The notes below the pieces were generated by a model. It was not told where the DNA came from. It did not search any database and saw only the letters and a list, made by a program, of their open reading frames with translations. Positions 26,450 to 39,900 of a stretch of DNA of 64,000 bases are shown here, piece by piece (within the stretch, counting starts at the first letter, position 1; each line of letters begins with the position of its first letter). The position numbers and the translations under genes were made by a program. The stretch comes from Auanema rhodensis (Eukaryota; Animalia; Nematoda): contig OZ059898.1 in assembly GCA_964057225.1 (NCBI GenBank), positions 18,724,001 to 18,788,000 on the forward strand. The letters run 5' to 3'.

Positions 26450-29400
26450 GATATTGGTGCATGGTAACCATGACTTTGAAATTTACGTGAACTTTAATTT
26501 ATGCTAATTAAGTGTACACGTGATGTGCACTTGGTATGTAACTCGCTTCACGTGAAAGATAAAGAGATGCGGTTTTCAAAATTAGATTCCCCATGTCCAT
26601 ATTAGTCTAAAAACATATTTTTATTGATATTGGTGCATGGTAACCATGACTTTAAAATTTACGTGTACTTTAATTTATGCTAATTAAGTGTACACATGAT
26701 GTGCACTTGGTATGTAACTCGCTTCACGTGAAAGATAAAGAGATGCGGTTTTCAAAATTAGATTCCCCATGTCCATATTAGTCTAAAAACAAATTTTTAT
26801 TGATATTGGTGCATGGCAACCATGACTTTAAATTTTACGTGAACTTTAATTTATGCTAATTAAGTGTACACGTGATGTGCACTTGGTATGTAAGTCGCTT
26901 CACGTGAAAGATAAAGAGATGCGGTTTTCAAAATTAGATTCCCCATGTCCATATTAGTCTAAAAACAAATTCTTATTGATATTGGTGCATGGTAACCATG
27001 ACTATGAAATTTACGTGAACTTTAATTTATGCTAATTAAGTGTACACATGATGTGCACTTGGTATGTAACTCGCTTCACGTCAAAGATAAAGAGATGCGG
27101 TTTTCAAAATTAGATTCCCCATGTCCATATTAGTCTAAAAACATATTTTTATTGATATTGGTGCATGGTAACCATGACTTTGAAATTTACGTGAATTTTA
27201 ATTCATGCTAATTAAGTGTACACATGATGTGCACTTGGTATGTAACTCGCTTCACGTGAAAGATAAAGAGATGCGGTTTTCAAAATTAGATTTCGCATGT
27301 CCATATTAGTCTAAAAACAAATTTTTATTGATATTGGTGCATGGCAACCATGACTTTAAAATTTACGTGTACTTTAATTTATGCTAATTAAGTGTACACA
27401 TGATGTGCACTTGGTATGTAACTCGCTTCACGTGAAAGATAAAGAGATGCGGTTTTCAAAATTAGATTCCCCATGTCCATATTAGTCTAAAAACAAATTT
27501 TTATTGATATTGGTGCATGGCAACCATGACTTTAAAATTTACGTGTACTTTAATTTATGCTAATTAAGTGTACACATGATGTGCACTTGGTATGTAACTC
27601 GCTTCACGTGAAAGATAAAGTGATGCGGTTTTCACAATTAGATTCCGCATGTCCATATTAGTCTAAAAACAAATTTTTATTGATATTGGTGCATGGTAAC
27701 CATGACTTTGAAATTTACGTGAACTTTAATTTATGCTAATTAAGTGTACACGTGATGTGCACTTGGTATGTAACTCGCTTCACGTGAAAGATAAAGAGAT
27801 GCGGTTTTCAAAATTAGATTCCCCATGTCCATATTAGTCTAAAAACAAATTCTTATTGATATTGGTGCATGGTAACCATGACTTTGAAATTTACGTGAAC
27901 TTTAATTTATGCTAATTAAGTGTACACGTGATGTGCACTTGGTATGTAAGTCGCTTCACGTGAAAGATAAAGAGATGCGGTTTTCAAAATTAGATTTCGC
28001 GTGTCCATATTAGTCTAAAAACAAATTTTTATTGATATTGGTGCATGGTAACCATGACTTTGAACTTTACGTGAACTTTAATTTATGCTAATTAAGTGTA
28101 CACGTGATGTGCACTTGGAATGTAACTCGCTTCACGTGAAAGATAAAGAGATGCGGTTTTCAAAATTAGATTCCCCATGTCCATATTAGTCTAAAATCAA
28201 ATTTTTATTGATATTGGTGCATGGTAACCATGACTTTGAAATTTACGTGAACTTTAATTTATGCTAATTAAGTGTACACGTGATGTGCACTTGGTATGTA
28301 ACTCGCTTCACGTGAAAGATAAAGAGATGCGGTTTTCAAAATTAGATTCCCCATGTCCATATTAGTCTAAAAACATATTTTTATTGATATTGGTGCATGG
28401 TAACCATGACTTTAAAATTTACGTGTACTTTAATTTATGCTAATTAAGTGTACACATGATGTGCACTTGGTATGTAACTCGCTTCACGTGAAAGATAAAG
28501 AGATGCGGTTTTCAAAATTAGATTCCCCATGTCCATATTAGTCTAAAAACAAATTTTTATTGATATTGGTGCATGGCAACCATGACTTTAAATTTTACGT
28601 GAACTTTAATTTATGCTAATTAAGTGTACACGTGATGTGCACTTGGTATGTAAGTCGCTTCACGTGAAAGATAAAGAGATGCGGTTTTCAAAATTAGATT
28701 CCCCATGTCCATATTAGTCTAAAAACAAATTCTTATTGATATTGGTGCATGGTAACCATGACTATGAAATTTACGTGAACTTTAATTTATGCTAATTAAG
28801 TGTACACATGATGTGCACTTGGTATGTAACTCGCTTCACGTCAAAGATAAAGAGATGCGGTTTTCAAAATTAGATTCCCCATGTCCATATTAGTCTAAAA
28901 ACATATTTTTATTGATATTGGTGCATGGTAACCATGACTTTGAAATTTACGTGAATTTTAATTCATGCTAATTAAGTGTACACATGATGTGCACTTGGTA
29001 TGTAACTCGCTTCACGTGAAAGATAAAGAGATGCGGTTTTCAAAATTAGATTTCGCATGTCCATATTAGTCTAAAAACAAATTTTTATTGATATTGGTGC
29101 ATGGCAACCATGACTTTAAAATTTACGTGTACTTTAATTTATGCTAATTAAGTGTACACATGATGTGCACTTGGTATGTAACTCGCTTCACGTGAAAGAT
29201 AAAGAGATGCGGTTTTCAAAATTAGATTCCCCATGTCCATATTAGTCTAAAAACAAATTTTTATTGATATTGGTGCATGGCAACCATGACTTTAAAATTT
29301 ACGTGTACTTTAATTTATGCTAATTAAGTGTACACATGATGTGCACTTGGTATGTAACTCGCTTCACGTGAAAGATAAAGTGATGCGGTTTTCACAATTA

Positions 29401-29820
29401 GATTCCGCATGTCCATATTAGTCTAAAAACAAATTTTTATTGATATTGGTGCATGGTAACCATGACTTTGAAATTTACGTGAACTTTAATTTATGCTAAT
29501 TAAGTGTACACGTGATGTGCACTTGGTATGTAACTCGCTTCACGTGAAAGATAAAGAGATGCGGTTTTCAAAATTAGATTCCCCATGTCCATATTAGTCT
29601 AAAAACAAATTCTTATTGATATTGGTGCATGGTAACCATGACTTTGAAATTTACGTGAACTTTAATTTATGCTAATTAAGTGTACACGTGATGTGCACTT
29701 GGTATGTAAGTCGCTTCACGTGAAAGATAAAGAGATGCGGTTTTCAAAATTAGATTTCGCGTGTCCATATTAGTCTAAAAACAAATTTTTATTGATATTG
29801 GTGCATGGTAACCATGACTT
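26450..29820. repeat. 10-monomer (1760 bp) tandem duplication
   Basis: AAACATATTT 26611/28371, AATTTTACGT 26831/28591, ACTATGAAAT 27001/28761, ATTCATGCTA 27201/28961 and TTCACAATTA 27631/29391 are all 1760 bp apart. Confidence 0.85.
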
Positions 29821-32800
29821 TGAAATTTACGTGAACTTTAATTTATGCTAATTAAGTGTACACGTGATGTGCACTTGGTATGTAACTCGCTTCACGTGAA
29901 AGATAAAGAGATGCGGTTTTCAAAATTAGATTCCGCATGTCCATATTAGTCTAAAAACAAATTTTTATTGATATTGGTGCATGGTAACCATGACTTTGAA
30001 ATTTACGTGAACTTTAATTTATGCTAATTAAGTGTACACATGATGTGCACTTGGTATGTAACTCGCTTCACGTGAAAGATAAAGAGATGCGGTTTTCAAA
30101 ATTAGATTCCGCATGTCCATATTAGTCTAAAAACAAATTTTTATTGATATTGGTGCATGGTAACCATGACTTTGAAATTTACGTGAACTTTAATTTATGC
30201 TAATTAAGTGTACACGTGATGTGCACTTGGTATGTAACTCGCTTCACGTGAAAGATAAAGAGATGCGGTTTTCAAAATTAGATTCCCCATGTCCATATTA
30301 GTCTAAAAACAAATTTTTATTGATATTGGTGCATGGTAACCATGACTTTGAAATTTACGTGAACTTTAATTTATGCTAATTAAGTGTACACATGATGTGC
30401 ACTTGGTATGTAACTCGCTTCACGAGAAAGATAAAAAGATGCGGTTTTCAAATTTCGATTTAGCGTGTCCATATTAGTCTAAAAACAAATTTTTATTGAT
30501 ATTGGTGCATGGTAACCATGACTTTGAAATTTACGTGAACTTTAATTTATGCTAATTAAGTGTACACGTGATGTGCACTTGGTATGTAACTCGCTTCACG
30601 TGAAAGATAAAGAGATGCGGTTTTCAAAATTAGATTCCCCATGTCCATATTAGTCTAAAAACATATTTTTATTGATATTGGTGCATGGTAACCATGACTT
30701 TAAAATTTACGTGTACTTTAATTTATGCTAATTAAGTGTACACATGATGTGCACTTGGTATGTAACTCGCTTCACGTGAAAGATAAAGAGATGCGGTTTT
30801 CAAAATTAGATTCCCCATGTCCATATTAGTCTAAAAACAAATTTTTATTGATATTGGTGCATGGCAACCATGACTTTAAAATTTACGTGTACTTTAATTT
30901 ATGCTAATTAAGTGTACACATGATGTGCACTTGGTATGTAACTCGCTTCACGTGAAAGATAAAGTGATGCGGTTTTCAAAATTAGATTCCGCATGTCCAT
31001 ATTAGTCTAAAAACAAATTTTTATTGATATTGGTGCATGGTAACCATGACTTTGAAATTTACGTGAACTTTAATTTATGCTAATTAAGTGTACACATGAT
31101 GTGCACTTGGTATGTAACTCGCTTCACGTGAAAGATAAAGAGATGCGGTTTTCAAAATTAGATTCCGCATGTCCATATTAGTCTAAAAACAAATTTTTAT
31201 TGATATTGGTGCATGGTAACCATGACTTTGAAATTTACGTGAACTTTAATTTATGCTAATTAAGTGTACACGTGATGTGCACTTGGTATGTAACTCGCTT
31301 CACGTGAAAGATAAAGAGATGCGGTTTTCAAAATTAGATTCCCCATGTCCATATTAGTCTAAAAACAAATTTTTATTGATATTGGTGCATGGTAACCATG
31401 ACTTTGAAATTTACGTGAACTTTAATTTATGCTAATTAAGTGTACACATGATGTGCACTTGGTATGTTACTCGCTTCACGAGAAAGATAAAAAGATGCGG
31501 TTTTCAAATTTCGATTTCGCGTGTCCATATTAGTCTAAAAACAAATTTTTATTGATATTGGTGCATGGTAACCATGACTTTGAAATTTACGTGAACTTTA
31601 ATTTATGCTAATTAAGTGTACACGTGATGTGCACTTGGTATGTAACTCGCTTCACGTGAAAGATAAAGAGATGCGGTTTTCAAAATTAGATTCCCCATGT
31701 CCATATTAGTCTAAAAACATATTTTTATTGATATTGGTGCATGGTAACCATGACTTTAAAATTTACGTGTACTTTAATTTATGCTAATTAAGTGTACACA
31801 TGATGTGCACTTGGTATGTAACTCGCTTCACGTGAAAGATAAAGAGATGCGGTTTTCAAAATTAGATTCCCCATGTCCATATTAGTCTAAAAACAAATTT
31901 TTATTGATATTGGTGCATGGCAACCATGACTTTAAATTTTACGTGAACTTTAATTTATGCTAATTAAGTGTACACGTGATGTGCACTTGGTATGTAAGTC
32001 GCTTCACGTGAAAGATAAAGAGATGCGGTTTTCAAAATTAGATTTCGCATGTCCATATTAGTCTAAAAACAAATTTTTATTGATATTGGTGCATGGTAAC
32101 CATGACTTTGAAATTTACGTGAACTTTAATTTATGCTAATTAAGTGTACACGTGATGTGCACTTGGTATGTAACTCGCTTCACGTGAAAGATAAAGAGAT
32201 GCGGTTTTCAAAATTAGATTCCCCATGTCCATATTAGTCTAAAAACAAATTCTTATTGATATTGGTGCATGGTAACCATGACTATGAAATTTACGTGAAC
32301 TTTAATTTATGCTAATTAAGTGTACACATGATGTGCACTTGGTATGTAACTCGCTTCACGTCAAAGATAAAGAGATGCGGTTTTCAAAATTAGATTCCCC
32401 ATGTCCATATTAGTCTAAAAACATATTTTTATTGATATTGGTGCATGGTAACCATGACTTTGAAATTTACGTGAATTTTAATTCATGCTAATTAAGTGTA
32501 CACATGATGTGCACTTGGTATGTAACTCGCTTCACGTGAAAGATAAAGAGATGCGGTTTTCAAAATTAGATTTCGCATGTCCATATTAGTCTAAAAACAA
32601 ATTTTTATTGATATTGGTGCATGGCAACCATGACTTTAAAATTTACGTGTACTTTAATTTATGCTAATTAAGTGTACACATGATGTGCACTTGGTATGTA
32701 ACTCGCTTCACGTGAAAGATAAAGAGATGCGGTTTTCAAAATTAGATTCCCCATGTCCATATTAGTCTAAAAACAAATTTTTATTGATATTGGTGCATGG

Positions 32801-35800
32801 CAACCATGACTTTAAAATTTACGTGTACTTTAATTTATGCTAATTAAGTGTACACATGATGTGCACTTGGTATGTAACTCGCTTCACGTGAAAGATAAAG
32901 TGATGCGGTTTTCACAATTAGATTCCGCATGTCCATATTAGTCTAAAAACAAATTTTTATTGATATTGGTGCATGGTAACCATGACTTTGAAATTTACGT
33001 GAACTTTAATTTATGCTAATTAAGTGTACACGTGATGTGCACTTGGTATGTAACTCGCTTCACGTGAAAGATAAAGAGATGCGGTTTTCAAAATTAGATT
33101 CCCCATGTCCATATTAGTCTAAAAACAAATTCTTATTGATATTGGTGCATGGTAACCATGACTTTGAAATTTACGTGAACTTTAATTTATGCTAATTAAG
33201 TGTACACGTGATGTGCACTTGGTATGTAAGTCGCTTCACGTGAAAGATAAAGAGATGCGGTTTTCAAAATTAGATTTCGCGTGTCCATATTAGTCTAAAA
33301 ACAAATTTTTATTGATATTGGTGCATGGTAACCATGACTTTGAACTTTACGTGAACTTTAATTTATGCTAATTAAGTGTACACGTGATGTGCACTTGGAA
33401 TGTAACTCGCTTCACGTGAAAGATAAAGAGATGCGGTTTTCAAAATTAGATTCCCCATGTCCATATTAGTCTAAAATCAAATTTTTATTGATATTGGTGC
33501 ATGGTAACCATGACTTTGAAATTTACGTGAACTTTAATTTATGCTAATTAAGTGTACACGTGATGTGCACTTGGAATGTAACTCGCTTCACGTGAAAGAT
33601 AAAGAGATGCGGTTTTCAAAATTAGATTCCCCATGTCCATATTAGTCTAAAAACAAATTTTTATTGATATTGGTGCATGGTAACCATGACTTTGAAATTT
33701 ACGTGAACTTTAATTTATGCTAATTAAGTGTACACATGATGTGCACTTGGTATGTAACTCGCTTCACGAGAAAGATAAAAAGATGCGGTTTTCAAAATTA
33801 GATTCCCCATGTCCATATTAGTCTAAAATCAAATTTTTATTGATATTGGTGCATGGTAACCATGACTTTGAAATTTACGTGAACTTTAATTTATGCTAAT
33901 TAAGTGTACACGTGATGTGTACTTGGAATGTAACTCGCTTCACGTGAAAGATAAAGAGATGCGGTTTTCAAAATTAGATTCCCCATGTCCATATTAGTCT
34001 AAAAACAAATTTTTATTGATATTGGTGCATGGTAACCATGACTTTGAAATTTACGTGAACTTTAATTTATGCTAATTAAGTGTACACATGATGTGCACTT
34101 GGTATGTAACTCGCTTCACGTGAAAGATAAAGTGATGCGGTTTTCAAAATTAGATTCCGCATGTCCATATTAGTCTAAAAACAAATTTTTATAGATATTG
34201 GTGCATGGTAACCATGACTTTGAAATTTACGTGAACTTTAATTTATGCTAATTAAGTGTACACGTGATGTGCACTTGGTATGTAACTCGCTTCACGTGAA
34301 AGATAAAGAGATGCGGTTTTCAAAATTAGATTCCCCATGTCCATATTAGTCTAAAAACAAATTCTTATTGATATTGGTGCATGGTAACCATGACTTTGAA
34401 ATTTACGTGAACTTTAATTTATGCTAATTAAGTGTACACGTGATGTGCACTTGGTATGTAAGTCGCTTCACGTGAAAGATAAAGAGATGCGGTTTTCAAA
34501 ATTAGATTCCCCATGTCCATATTAGTCTAAAAACAAATTTTTATTGATATTGGTGCATGGCAACCATGACTTTAAAATTTACGTGTACTTTAATTTATGC
34601 TAATTAAGTGTACACGTGATGTGCACTTGGAATGTAACTCGCTTCACGTGAAAGATAAATGGATGCGGTTTTCAAAATTAGATTCCTCATGTTCATATTA
34701 GTCTAAAAACGAATTTTTATTGATATTGATGCATGGTAACCATGACTTTAAAATTTACGTGAACTTTAATTTATGCTAATTAAGTGTACACATGATGTGC
34801 ACTTGGTATGTAACTCGCTTCACGAGAAAGATAAAAAGATGCGGTTTTCAAATTTAGATTTCGCGTGTCCATATTAGTCTAAAAACAAATTTTTATTGAT
34901 ATTGGTGCATGGTAACCATGACTTTGAAATTTACGTGAACTTTAATTTATGCTAATTAAGTGTACACGTGATGTGCACTTGGTATGTAAGTCGCTTCACG
35001 TGAAAGATAAAGAGATGCGGTTTTCAAAATTAGATTCCCCATGTCCATATTAGTCTAAAAACAAATTTTTATTGATATTGGTGCATGGCAACCATGACTT
35101 TAAAATTTACGTGTACTTTAATTTATGCTAATTAAGTGTACACGTGATGTGCACTTGGTATGTAACTCGCTTCACGTGAAAGATAAAGAGATGAGGTTTC
35201 CAAAATTAGATTCCCCATGTCCATATTAGTCTAAAAACAAATTTTTATTGATATTGGTGCATGGTAACCATGACTTTGAAATTTACGTGAACTTTAATTT
35301 ATGCTAATTAAGTGTACACATGATGTGCACTTGGTATGTAACTCGCTTCACGAGAAAGATAAAAAGATGCGGTTTTCAAATTTAGATTTCGCGTGTCCAT
35401 ATTAGTCTAAAAACAAATTTTTATTGATATTGGTGCATGGTAACCATGACTTTGAAATTTACGTGAACTTTAATTTATGCTAATTAAGTGTACACGTGAT
35501 GTGCACTTGGTATGTAACTCGCTTCACGTGAAAGATAAAGAGATGCGGTTTTCAAAATTAGATTCCTCATGTTCATATTAGTCTAAAAACGAATTTTTAT
35601 TGATATTGATGCATGGTAACCATGACTTTAAAATTTACGTGAACTTTAATTTATGCTAATTAAGTGTACACATGATGTGCACTTGGTATGTAACTCGCTT
35701 CACGTCAAAGATAAAGAGATGCGGTTTTCAAAATTAGATTCCCCATGTCCATATTAGTCTAAAAACAAATTTTTATTGATATTGGTGCATGGTAACCATG

Positions 35801-36784
35801 ACTTTGAAATTTACGTGAACTTTAATTTATGCTAATTAAGTGTACACATGATGTGCACTTGGTATGTAACTCGCTTCACGTGAAAGATAAAGAGATGCGG
35901 TTTTCAAAATTAGATTCCGCATGTCCATATTAGTCTAAAAACAAATTTTTATTGATATTGGTGCATGGTAACCATGACTTTGAAATTTACGTGAACTTTA
36001 ATTTATGCTAATTAAGTGTACACGTGATGTGCACTTGGTATGTAACTCGCTTCACGTGAAAGATAAAGAGATGCGGTTTTCAAAATTAGATTCCGCATGT
36101 CCATATTAGTCTAAAAACAAATTTTTATTGATATTGGTGCATGGTAACCATGACTTTGAAATTTACGTGAACTTTAATTTATGCTAATTAAGTGTACACG
36201 TGATGTGCACTTGGTATGTAACTCGCTTCACGTGAAAGATAAAAAGATGCGGTTTTCAAAATTAGATTCCCCATGTCCATATTAGTCTAAAAACAAATTT
36301 TTATTGATATTGGTGCATGGTAACCATGACTTTGAAATTTACGTGAACTTTAATTTATGCTAATTAAGTGTACACATGATGTGCACTTGGTATGTAACTC
36401 GCTTCACGAGAAAGATAAAAAGATGCGGTTTTCAAATTTCGATTTCGCGTGTCCATATTAGTCTAAAAACAAATTTTTATTGATATTGGTGCATGGTAAC
36501 CATGACTTTGAAATTTACGTGAACTTTAATTTATGCTAATTAAGTGTACACGTGATGTGCACTTGGTATGTAACTCGCTTCACGTGAAAGATAAAGAGAT
36601 GCGGTTTTCAAAATTAGATTCCGCATGTCCATATTAGTCTAAAAACAAATTTTTATTGATATTGGTGCATGGTAACCATGACTTTGAAATTTACGTGAAC
36701 TTTAATTTATGCTAATTAAGTGTACACGTGATGTGCACTTGGTATGTAACTCGCTTCACGTGAAAGATAAAGAGATGCGGTTTT

Positions 36785-36959
36785 TAAAATTAGATTCCCC
36801 ATGTCCATATTAGTCTAAAAACATATTTTATTGATATTGATGCATGGTAACCATGACTTTGAAATTTACGTGAATTTTAATTTATGCTAATTAAGTGTAC
36901 ACATGATGTGCACTTGGTATGTAACTCGCTTCACGTGAAAGATAAAGTGATGCGGTTTT
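36785..36959. repeat. 175-bp variant monomer, copy 1 (1-bp deletion in the T-tract)
   Basis: Starts TAAAATTAG (C1T) and has AAAAACATATTTTATTGATATTGATGC and GTGAATTTT. The next monomer begins at 36960. Confidence 0.9.
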
Positions 36960-39900
36960 CAAAATTAGATTCCGCATGTCCATATTAGTCTAAAAACAAA
37001 TTTTTATTGATATTGGTGCATGGTAACCATGACTTTGAAATTTACGTGAACTTTAATTTATGCTAATTAAGTGTACACGTGATGTGCACTTGGTATGTAA
37101 CTCGCTTCACGTGAAAGATAAAGAGATGCGGTTTTCAAAATTAGATTCCCCATGTCCATATTAGTCTAAAAACAAATTCTTATTGATATTGGTGCATGGT
37201 AACCATGACTTTGAAATTTACGTGAACTTTAATTTATGCTAATTAAGTGTACACATGATGTGCACTTGGTATGTAACTCGCTTCACGTGAAAGATAAAGT
37301 GATGCGGTTTTCACAATTAGATTCCGCATGTCCATATTAGTCTAAAAACAAATTTTTATTGATATTGGTGCATGGTAACCATGACTTTGAAATTTACGTG
37401 AACTTTAATTTATGCTAATTAAGTGTACACGTGATGTGCACTTGGTATGTAACTCGCTTCACGAGAAAGATAAAAAGATGCGGTTTTCAAATTTAGATTT
37501 CGCGTGTCCATATTAGTCTAAAAACAAATTTTTATTGATATTGGTGCATGGTAACCATGACTTTGAAATTTACGTGAACTTTAATTTATGCTAATTAAGT
37601 GTACACATGATGTGCACTTGGTATGTAACTCGCTTCACGAGAAAGATAAAAAGGTGCGGTTTTCAAATTTAGATTTCGCGTGTCCATATTAGTCTAAAAA
37701 CAAATTTTTATTGTTATTGGTGCATGGTAACCATGACTTTGAAATTTACGTGAACTTTAATTTATGCTAATTAAGTGTACACGTGATGTGCACTTGGTAT
37801 GTAACTCGCTTCACGTGAAAGATAAAGAGATGCGGTTTTCAAAATTAGATTCCCCATGTCCATATTAGTCTAAAAACAAATTTTTATTGATATTGGTGCA
37901 TGGCAACCATGACTTTGAAATTTACGTGTACTTTAATTTATGCTAATTAAGTGTACACATGATGTGCACTTGGTATGTAACTCGCTTCACGAGAAAGATA
38001 AAAAGGTGCGGTTTTCAAATTTAGATTTCACGTGTCCATATTAGTCTAAAAACAAATTTTTATTGATATTGGTGCATGGTAACCATGACTTTGAAATTTA
38101 CGTGAACTTTAATTTATGCTAATTAAGTGTACACGTGATGTGCACTTGGTATGTAACTCGCTTCACGTGAAAGATAAAGAGATGCGGTTTTCAAAATTAG
38201 ATTCCGCATGTCCATATTAGTCTAAAAACAAATTTTTATTGATATTGGTGCATGGTAACCATGACTTTGAAATTTACGTGAACTTTAATTTATGCTAATT
38301 AAGTGTACACGTGATGTGCACTTGGTATGTAACTCGCTTCACGAGAAAGATAAAAAGATGCGGTTTTCAAATTTAGATTTCGCGTGTCCATATTAGTCTA
38401 AAAACAAATTTTTATTGATATTGGTGCATGGTAACCATGACTTTGAAATTTACGTGAACTTTAATTTATGCTAATTAAGTGTACACGTGATGTGCACTTG
38501 GTATGTAACTCGCTTCACGTGAAAGATAAAGAGATGCGGTTTTCAAAATTAGATTCCTCATGTTCATATTAGTCTAAAAACGAATTTTTATTGATATTGA
38601 TGCATGGTAACCATGACTTTGAAATTTACGTGAACTTTAATTTATGCTAATTAAGTGTACACGTGATGTGCACTTGGTATGTAACTCGCTTCACGTGAAA
38701 GATAAAGAGATGCGATTTTCAAAATTAGATTCCTCATGTTCATATTAGTCTAAAAACGAATTTTTATTGATATTGATGCATGGTAACCATGACTTTAAAA
38801 TTTACGTGAACTTTAATTTATGCTAATTAAGTGTACACATGATGTGCACTTGGTATGTAACTCGCTTCACGTCAAAGATAAAGAGATGCGGTTTTCAAAA
38901 TTAGATTCCCCATGTCCATATTAGTCTAAAAACAAATTTTTATCGATTTTGGTGCATGGTAACCATGACTTTGAAATTTACGTGAACTTTAATTTATGCT
39001 AATTAAGTGTACACATGATGTGCATTTGGTATGTAACTCGCTTCACGTGAAAGATAAAGAGATGCGGTTTTCAAAATTAGATTCCGCATGTCCATATTAG
39101 TCTAAAAACAAATTTTTATTGATATTGGTGCATGGTAACCATGACTTTGAAATTTACGTGAACTTTAATTTATGCTAATTAAGTGTACACGTGATGTGCA
39201 CTTGGTATGTAACTCGCTTCACGTGAAAGATAAAGAGATGCGGTTTTCAAAATTAGATTCCGCATGTCCATATTAGTCTAAAAACAAATTTTTATTGATA
39301 TTGGTGCATGGTAACCATGACTTTGAAATTTACGTGAACTTTAATTTATGCTAATTAAGTGTACACATGATGTGCACTTGGTATGTAACTCGCTTCACGT
39401 GAAAGATAAAGAGATGCGGTTTTCAAAATTAGATTCCTCATGTTCATATTAGTCTAAAAACGAATTTTTATTGATATTGATGCATGGTAACCATGACTTT
39501 GAAATTTACGTGAACTTTAATTTATGCTAATTAAGTGTACACGTGATGTGCACTTGGTATGTAACTCGCTTCACGTGAAAGATAAAGAGATGCGATTTTC
39601 AAAATTAGATTCCTCATGTTCATATTAGTCTAAAAACGAATTTTTATTGATATTGATGCATGGTAACCATGACTTTAAAATTTACGTGAACTTTAATTTA
39701 TGCTAATTAAGTGTACACATGATGTGCACTTGGTATGTAACTCGCTTCACGTCAAAGATAAAGAGATGCGGTTTTCAAAATTAGATTCCCCATGTCCATA
39801 TTAGTCTAAAAACAAATTTTTATCGATATTGGTGCATGGTAACCATGACTTTGAAATTTACGTGAACTTTAATTTATGCTAATTAAGTGTACACATGATG

